DNA from: Geopsychrobacteraceae bacterium
GTDB taxonomy: Bacteria > Desulfobacterota > Desulfuromonadia > Desulfuromonadales > Geopsychrobacteraceae
DNA: 64,000 nucleotides
Assembly: GCA_963662315.1 (NCBI GenBank)
Contig: OY759353.1
Span: forward strand, 3,520,001 to 3,584,000
Reading direction: 5' to 3'
The position numbers and the translations under genes were made by a program. Of this stretch, positions 57,895-64,000 are shown piece after piece. Every line of letters begins with the position of its first letter. Positions within the stretch are counted from its first letter, which is position 1. A model generated the notes under the pieces. That model ran no database searches and was not told where the DNA came from. It saw only the letters and a program-made list of their open reading frames with translations.

Positions 57895-58992
57895 ATGGTC
57901 GAAGCGTGTTCTGCTATCAATTGCCAGAGTTCCGGGTTGTGTCCAATCGGGAAAAGCGCCTGTCCAGGTGTTTGTATCTATTCGGAAATATTTGATAATA
58001 TTGATTTAGGTATCATCGTCCTAGATCTTATCAATGAACGGGTGATTTTTGCCAATCCCTGTGCCATGGACTTGCTTGAGCTTTCTGAACGTTCCACCGA
58101 CTATGCGTATCTGAAATCCCTGTTGCTGTCGGGCGCGACCATGGGTACCACGCATTGGGCAGGGCGGAATTTTGATCTGCAGCTCGATGATAAATTGCTG
58201 GGTTATTCTATTTACCCCATTCCCGGGGAACGTTTCGTTTGGGCTTTTATTCGAAATATCACTGAGAAGATGAGACTTGAGTCGATCGCTAATGCGGTCA
58301 ATACCATGGATAATCTAGGGTATGTCTTTTCTGGCATTCGTCATGAAATCGGTAATCCAATCAATTCTGCCAAGATGGCTTTAAGCGTATTAAAAGAAAA
58401 TATTTACGATTATTCAACCGAGACGATTCTGGAATTTGTCGAACGTTCCATGGATGAACTCTTACGTGTCGAATTTCTGCTGAAAAGTCTCCGCAATATC
58501 AATATGTATGAAAAGCCGGTTGTGGAAGCGATCAACTTGGGGAAGTTCCTGGACCGTTTTGTCTCATTAATCTGGGAAGACTTTTCCAAAAGTGGCATCC
58601 GCATTAATACCACATTTCACCCCAAGGCACAGTGTGCTCAGGTTGACCCGCGAGCATTGCAGCAGGTGTTGTTGAATATCTTTACCAATGCAGCGGACGC
58701 AATGGCGACGAGCAAGCGGAAAGTAATCGATATCAGCACCCATAGCCAGCATGGTTTTTTGTGGTTGCGGATCCGTGATAGCGGCTGTGGTATCCCCGCA
58801 GATAAGCTGGAAGATATTTTTAAGCCGTTTTACACGACCAAAACGCAAGGAACCGGTCTCGGGTTGGTGATCAGCCGCAAGATGCTGGCCCAGATGAATT
58901 GTACGATTGATATCAGTAGCAGTGGGGATGGTGGTACGACTGTGGCGATATCGATCCCTGAAGGGGGCAGGTGTGATCAGGAAGAAGCTTAG
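57895..58992 (+). CDS. cytoplasmic sensor histidine kinase with a Cys-rich N-terminus and PAS-like domain
   Basis: RHEIGNP, QVLLNIFTNA, DSGCGI, FYTTK and GTGLGL motifs; AGGAGG RBS before ATG 57895. Confidence 0.92.
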   Translation: MVEACSAINCQSSGLCPIGKSACPGVCIYSEIFDNIDLGIIVLDLINERVIFANPCAMDLLELSERSTDYAYLKSLLLSGATMGTTHWAGRNFDLQLDDKLLGYSIYPIPGERFVWAFIRNITEKMRLESIANAVNTMDNLGYVFSGIRHEIGNPINSAKMALSVLKENIYDYSTETILEFVERSMDELLRVEFLLKSLRNINMYEKPVVEAINLGKFLDRFVSLIWEDFSKSGIRINTTFHPKAQCAQVDPRALQQVLLNIFTNAADAMATSKRKVIDISTHSQHGFLWLRIRDSGCGIPADKLEDIFKPFYTTKTQGTGLGLVISRKMLAQMNCTIDISSSGDGGTTVAISIPEGGRCDQEEA

Positions 58993-60340
58993 AAAACTGT
59001 TGATTATTGATGATGACCGGTTGCTGTGCGATACGGTTCAGCGTGCCTTGCAAACGGATCAGCTGCAGGTCAGGGTGGCCCATAACGGTGCTGACGGTTT
59101 GGCGTGCTGTCAGGCGGAACCGCTGGATATTGTGTTGCTGGATCAGAAATTGCCAGATGGCGAAGGGCGCGATTTTTGTGCTGCTATTATGGAAACTAAT
59201 GAGCAGTGCAAGGTGATTTTTATTACTGCATTTCCCAGTTTTGAAAACGCTGTGCGCGGAATCAAAGTCGGAGCTCATGATTACCTGTCCAAGCCGTTCG
59301 CGTTGGAAGAATTGCGCCTGGCAATCGCGCGTGTTTTACGGACCCTTGCTCTTGAGGAAGTGGCGCAATTACAGCACTATGAACGGCACCGGGACCAGGG
59401 AGGTACGGTATTGGTCAACGCCGGTGGTCTGGCTGAGTCGGAAGATATCGCATTACGGGCAGCCCCTTCAGCGGCGCCGATGATTATTACCGGCGAAACA
59501 GGGACCGGCAAAAATGTCATGGCGAAATTTGTTCACTATAAAAGCCCGTACCGGAACGGTGCTTTTCTCAGCATCAATTGTGCGGCACTGCCTGAAAACC
59601 TGATTGAAGCAGAATTGTTTGGTGTTGAGAAAGGAGCTTTTACCGGTGCAGAAGTGACCCGCAAGGGAATTTTTGAGATGGCCGAAGGTGGGAGCCTGTT
59701 TCTTGATGAGATTGGAGAGATGCCTCTTCATCTACAGGCAAAGCTGCTCAGTGTTCTGGAAGAAGGCTGTTTGCGACGGGTTGGGGGGAATCGCATGATT
59801 CCCGTTAATGTACGTATCATCGCGGCGACTAATGTGAACCTTGAGCTTGCTGTACGGCAGCGCAAGATTCGTGAGGATCTGTATTTTCGCCTTAATGTAT
59901 TGCGTCTGCACCTACCTGCGCTGCGCCAGAGAACCCAGGATATCCCGGAATTATGCCGCTACTTTTTAGCATCAATCCCTAATGGCAAAGGTTACCTCCT
60001 GCCTGATGCTGAACTGGACATGCTGACGCGTTACAACTGGCCGGGTAATGTCCGGGAGCTTAAGAACGTCATCGAGAGAGCTGTCATTTTTCATCAGGAT
60101 GGGATGATATTCCCATCCAGGCTGCTTAGTGGCATGGAGGGTCGGCCTGCGCAGGGCTGTGTTCCGGCCAGCGATGACGTCATTCCCCTTGTTGACCTGA
60201 TCAAAAACCATACTCTGAGCACTCTGGACAAAATGTCCGGTAATGTGACGCAAACAGCAAATGCCCTGGGCCTTTCTCTGTCGACCTTGAAGCGAAAACT
60301 CAAAAGTTATCGCCATGAGCAAAGCTCTTCCGGTCGTTGA
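58973..60340 (+). CDS. sigma-54-dependent response regulator (REC-AAA+-HTH)
   Basis: GETGTGK, GAFTGA, LFLDEIGE, WPGNVREL and HTH; overlaps the 3' end of the kinase gene. Confidence 0.94.
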   Translation: MIRKKLRKLLIIDDDRLLCDTVQRALQTDQLQVRVAHNGADGLACCQAEPLDIVLLDQKLPDGEGRDFCAAIMETNEQCKVIFITAFPSFENAVRGIKVGAHDYLSKPFALEELRLAIARVLRTLALEEVAQLQHYERHRDQGGTVLVNAGGLAESEDIALRAAPSAAPMIITGETGTGKNVMAKFVHYKSPYRNGAFLSINCAALPENLIEAELFGVEKGAFTGAEVTRKGIFEMAEGGSLFLDEIGEMPLHLQAKLLSVLEEGCLRRVGGNRMIPVNVRIIAATNVNLELAVRQRKIREDLYFRLNVLRLHLPALRQRTQDIPELCRYFLASIPNGKGYLLPDAELDMLTRYNWPGNVRELKNVIERAVIFHQDGMIFPSRLLSGMEGRPAQGCVPASDDVIPLVDLIKNHTLSTLDKMSGNVTQTANALGLSLSTLKRKLKSYRHEQSSSGR

Positions 60341-60483
60341 TTTTGACCGGGTCAATCTGACCTACCAGATCAGATTGACCCGCTTTTGTCCTTTTGAAAT
60401 TTCTTGCCTGATTTTTTCCATTCATTATCTCGGTATGTTATGGAAAAAACGTTAAGAACATGGCTCATGGTACATGAGTTGCT
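60336..60483 (+). promoter_or_regulatory. enhancer-like repeats plus sigma-54 promoter
   Basis: Three G(G/A/T)T(C/G)A-N3-TGACC units at 60336, 60350 and 60368. TGGTACATGAGTTGCT has GG-N10-GC at 60469-60482. Confidence 0.65.
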
Positions 60484-60516
60484 CTATTTGGCAGGCGTGG
60501 TGACAAGGAGGGGATA

Positions 60517-61722
60517 GTGATGAAGCACGTTCTCATCGTCGATGACGAAAAGAAATTTTTACTGAGCCTGACTCAAGGTCTGGCCAACAGGCTTCCCAAC
60601 CATACAATTCTGACCGCCCATGACGGGCTGGCTGCTCTGGCCATTCTTGATAATACCCCTGTGGATTTGCTGATTACTGATCTTAAAATGCCGGAAATGG
60701 ATGGTTTTGAGCTGTTGGTGGCTGTGAAGGAGCGTTTTCCGCATTTGCCGGTTATCGTCATGACCGCCTTCGGGACGCGCGAAATTGAAGAACAGCTCGA
60801 TCAGCTTGGCTCGATTCAGTACCTGGAAAAACCCACCGATCTTGAAATTATGACAGCCAAGATCAAAGAGGCTCTTAATGGTCGGGCCAAAGGTTTTGTT
60901 GAGGGGATTACCCTGCCAACCTTTGCGCAACTGATCGCGCTAGAGAAGAAAACCTGTTCTTTGAAGGTTACTGCTCATGAGCAAAATGGGACCCTGTTTT
61001 TTATCGAGGGTGCGCTGGTCGATGCACGCAGTGGGGCCTTGATGGGAGATGCTGCCGCGTTTGACATTTTTTCCTGGGAAGAGGTCGGCATTGAAATGTC
61101 TCCGGGAAAAACCAAATTAAGGCGTGTGATTCAATGCCCTTTGAATCAGATTTTATTGGAATCGATGCGGCAGCAGGACGAGAAAAAGCGTTACGCCAAG
61201 AAAGACAACATGTCAGAGCAACAGCAGCAGGGTAAGGTTACGCGTACGGGGCGGGACGTTTCCTTTGCAACAACCCGTCACGAAAATGTTGAGCACCATC
61301 AAACCAATCAAACGGAGGAGAAAATTATGGGTATTCAGGACAAACTGAAAGAGTTTGAAAGTATTGACGGGTTTGCCGGGGTTGGTGTGTTTACTCCGAC
61401 AGGGGAATCCTTGGCGATTATGACCGGTGATATGAAGGGGAATATGAAAGAATTGGGTGTCTTGGCCAATAATATGTTGCTCAGTGCTCAAAAGGCTTCC
61501 GTTGAAATGGGGGTGGGACGCGGAAAGCTGGTTCATGTTGAGACCGATACGGCCCATATCCTGGCGCGCTGCTTGAATGAGGGGAATGATCCGGTTAAGA
61601 CAGACCCGGGAAAGGCGCATATCCATATGGTTATTGCTTTAAATAACGATCACGGGATCGGTATGGCCAAGCTTAAAATTGAGAAACTGATCAAAAGTTT
61701 AGCCGAGGATTTCCGGATGTAA
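60517..61722 (+). CDS. REC + DUF4388-like + C-terminal Roadblock/LC7-like protein
   Basis: LIVDD and TDLKMP receiver; G.V.GI.LP...QL...EKKTC.L domain; a linker; and an MglB/roadblock-like C-terminus. Confidence 0.75.
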   Translation: MMKHVLIVDDEKKFLLSLTQGLANRLPNHTILTAHDGLAALAILDNTPVDLLITDLKMPEMDGFELLVAVKERFPHLPVIVMTAFGTREIEEQLDQLGSIQYLEKPTDLEIMTAKIKEALNGRAKGFVEGITLPTFAQLIALEKKTCSLKVTAHEQNGTLFFIEGALVDARSGALMGDAAAFDIFSWEEVGIEMSPGKTKLRRVIQCPLNQILLESMRQQDEKKRYAKKDNMSEQQQQGKVTRTGRDVSFATTRHENVEHHQTNQTEEKIMGIQDKLKEFESIDGFAGVGVFTPTGESLAIMTGDMKGNMKELGVLANNMLLSAQKASVEMGVGRGKLVHVETDTAHILARCLNEGNDPVKTDPGKAHIHMVIALNNDHGIGMAKLKIEKLIKSLAEDFRM

Positions 61723-61744
61723 TGAGTCAGGCTGGACAATTGAA

Positions 61745-61790
61745 TAAAGACAAAAGCTCTCATGGATATTTCATGAGAGCTTTTGTTTTA
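61745..61790. terminator. bidirectional terminator
   Basis: ACAAAAGCTCTCATG/CATGAGAGCTTTTGT stem. Confidence 0.85.
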
Positions 61791-62261
61791 TCAGGTGCGG
61801 AGTGTTGCGATCAAGCGTGACGGCTTCAGTAACAGATTCAGGGCATTCACGATATCGGTTACCATAATATCGGCCGCCTGCAAGGCTTTTACCGCAACGC
61901 CTTCATGCTGGGCAAGGGCAATGCCCAATGCCGCTTCCTGTAGCATCAGGTGATCATTGTAACCATTCCCGATGGCGACAACCTGCTTGACTCCGAGGTG
62001 ACGGATATAGTCGGCTTTAGCCTTGGCCTGATGCTGAGTGGGGATAATGCTCAGGCTGCAAGGCAGGTGGGAGATTTGAGTGGCGACGCTACCGAAGGTG
62101 TCAGCGGTTATGACATGGATGTCCAGTTCTGGTGCCAGTTTGGCTAACGCGTGCTCCACCCCCTCAAGTAATTGACCGTCACGGGCCAGGGTACCGTTGT
62201 AGTCAAGAACCAGATGTTGCAACTGCAGCTGTTTAAAACCGGGGATAGCGATCATCAGCAT
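61791..62261 (-). CDS. HAD-family hydrolase (soluble P-type ATPase-like)
   Basis: LDYNGTLA, TADTFG and IGNG.ND..ML motifs. Confidence 0.85.
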   Translation of the reverse strand: MLMIAIPGFKQLQLQHLVLDYNGTLARDGQLLEGVEHALAKLAPELDIHVITADTFGSVATQISHLPCSLSIIPTQHQAKAKADYIRHLGVKQVVAIGNGYNDHLMLQEAALGIALAQHEGVAVKALQAADIMVTDIVNALNLLLKPSRLIATLRT

Positions 62262-62331
62262 CGGTTGTTTTTTGTAACCTCTCTTGAGCCGGCCTGAAAA
62301 CCACGAGACGATGTTCAGGCCGGTCTGCTAA

Positions 62332-63204
62332 TTATGGTTGCCAGATCTTCAGCAGGGCTTCGGCCATTTCAGCCGGGGAATCGGCAACACTTATGCCGCA
62401 GTCGCGCAGGAAAGCCTTTTTACTGGCGGCATCCCCTTTACCACCGGAGATAATAGCGCCGGCATGCCCCATCCGTTTCCCTTTGGGGGCTGTGGCACCG
62501 GCAATAAAGGCCGCAACCGGTTTGGTCATGCAGTCACGGACAAATTCTGCCGCCTGCTCTTCGGCGTTGCCGCCAATTTCGCCGATCATGATAACGGCTT
62601 TGGTTTCCGGGTCTTCCTCAAACATGTGCAGGACATCGAGAAAGTTAGTGCCGTTGACCGGGTCACCGCCAATACCGACGCAGGAACTCTGACCGATGTC
62701 GCGGGTCGTCAACTGCCAGACGGCTTCGTAGGTCAAAGTGCCGGAACGGGAAACAACACCGACGGGGCCTTTTTTGTGAATGTAGCCGGGCATGATGCCT
62801 ATTTTGCATTCTTCGGGGGTGATAACGCCAGGGCAGTTGGGTCCGATCAGGCGGGTGTTTTTGCCTTCCAGGTATTTCTTCACCTTGACCATGTCAAGAA
62901 CCGGAACCCCTTCGGTAATACAGATAATCAATTCAATGCCGGCCTCTGCCGCCTCCATGATGGCATCAGCACTGCCGATGGGCGGTACATAAATGACCGA
63001 TGCCGTTGCCCCCGTGGCCTGTACTGCATCCTTGACCGTGTTGAAAACAGGAAAGCCATCGATTTCCGTGCCCCCTTTGCCGGGGGTGACGCCACCCACC
63101 ATCTGGGTGCCGTATTCACGGGCGGTCTGGGCATGGAACAGACCTGTCGCACCGGTGATCCCCTGGGTGATAACCTTGGTATCCTTATTGATCAGTATGC
63201 TCAT
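62332..63204 (-). CDS. sucD: succinyl-CoA synthetase alpha subunit
   Basis: [26 protein letters not shown] and RMGHAGAI motifs. Confidence 0.98.
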   Translation of the reverse strand: MSILINKDTKVITQGITGATGLFHAQTAREYGTQMVGGVTPGKGGTEIDGFPVFNTVKDAVQATGATASVIYVPPIGSADAIMEAAEAGIELIICITEGVPVLDMVKVKKYLEGKNTRLIGPNCPGVITPEECKIGIMPGYIHKKGPVGVVSRSGTLTYEAVWQLTTRDIGQSSCVGIGGDPVNGTNFLDVLHMFEEDPETKAVIMIGEIGGNAEEQAAEFVRDCMTKPVAAFIAGATAPKGKRMGHAGAIISGGKGDAASKKAFLRDCGISVADSPAEMAEALLKIWQP

Positions 63205-63216
63205 GGTCTATTCTCC

Positions 63217-64000
63217 TTATCCGTTGACCGCTTTGACGATTTTTTCCGCAGCGTCAGCCATGCCATCAGCACTGACGATATTCAATCCCGATTCAGCCAG
63301 CATCTGTTTGCCCAGATCGACATTGGTTCCTTCCAGGCGCACGACCAGTGGTACAGCGACACCGATCTGTTTGGCCGCTTTGATAATACCGGTGGCAATG
63401 ACATCACATTTCATGATGCCGCCAAAGATGTTGACCAGAATCCCTTTGACCTTGTCATCGGAAAGAATAATTTTAAAAGCTTCGGTGACTCGTTCAATGG
63501 TTGCACCTCCACCCACATCAAGGAAGTTGGCGGGATCACCGCCATAGTGTTTGATGATGTCCATGGTGGCCATGGCCAGGCCGGCACCGTTGACCATGCA
63601 GCCGATGTTGCCGTCGAGAGCGATGTAGGACAGATCATATTGTGATGCTTCGATTTCCATCGGATCTTCTTCGTCATAGTCGCGCAGGTCACGAATGCGC
63701 AGATGGCGGAACAGAGCGTTGTCATCAAAGTTCAGCTTGGCGTCAAGGCACAGCAGTTTCCCTTCGGCCGTCAGTATTAACGGGTTGATTTCAAGCAATG
63801 AACAATCCGACTCGACAAATGTTTTGTACAGGTTCATCAGCAGCGGTACGGATTGTTTGACCTGGGGCATGGCAAAGCCAAGATTAAAGGCGACCTTGCG
63901 ACATTGAAACGGGGTCAGGCCAACGGTCGGATCAATGGCTTCAAAAAAGATTTTTTCCGGGGTGGTTGCGGCGACCTGTTCGATATCCATGCCACCTTCC
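63217..64000 (-). CDS. sucC: succinyl-CoA synthetase beta subunit, 5'-truncated by the window edge
   Basis: [38 protein letters not shown] and VVRLEGTN motifs. Confidence 0.98.
   Translation of the reverse strand, partial: EGGMDIEQVAATTPEKIFFEAIDPTVGLTPFQCRKVAFNLGFAMPQVKQSVPLLMNLYKTFVESDCSLLEINPLILTAEGKLLCLDAKLNFDDNALFRHLRIRDLRDYDEEDPMEIEASQYDLSYIALDGNIGCMVNGAGLAMATMDIIKHYGGDPANFLDVGGGATIERVTEAFKIILSDDKVKGILVNIFGGIMKCDVIATGIIKAAKQIGVAVPLVVRLEGTNVDLGKQMLAESGLNIVSADGMADAAEKIVKAVNG

Noticed and set aside
57880..60515. ACAAGGAGG at two ribosome-binding sites (near 57882 and 60503) as CsrA sites
   Set aside because: Cannot be distinguished from ordinary Shine-Dalgarno sequences without additional GGA hairpins.
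61251..61268. Internal sigma-54 promoter for the Roadblock-like domain
   Set aside because: GG-to-GC spacing is 11 nt, not the required 10.

Overview
The window is bacterial chromosome, most likely from a Desulfuromonadales-type deltaproteobacterium. That assignment is inferred from an sfrB-sfrA pair with an HgtR-like operator, several sigma-54 modules and overall gene content. Core blocks are tcdA-tauE-def-fmt-htpX-rsmB-rpe, sfrBA, iscU-plsY-mltG, ileS-lspA-yigZ, JAB-DinG/esterase/radC, a sigma-54 signalling cluster and sucCD. An accessory stretch (about 13-40 kb) holds regulators, lipoproteins, a LysR/TTT transporter/ArgE cassette and an M3 peptidase. It ends in a defence island next to the 3' end of tRNA-Pro(CGG). 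The island is a type I restriction-modification operon (hsdM-hsdS-hsdR) carrying two embedded passengers. The first, between hsdM and hsdS, is an AbiD/AbiF-family HEPN RNase preceded by its own promoter and a compact structured RNA, a probable type III toxin-antitoxin unit. The second, in the hsdS-hsdR slot, is a translationally coupled pair of a YejK/NdpA-like nucleoid-associated protein and an unknown coiled-coil/3-TM protein, which is the best candidate for an undescribed anti-phage system. Features missing from the ORF track include a 14-bp att-like copy of the tRNA 3' arm, a TA-flanked MITE-like element that supplies the radC stop codon, a 54-aa membrane peptide divergent from a LysR gene, a frameshift-split DUF2846 lipoprotein and an in-frame internal start for a Roadblock-like domain. 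No CRISPR array, rRNA, integrase or transposase was seen. All family assignments come from motif recognition by eye, not database searches.
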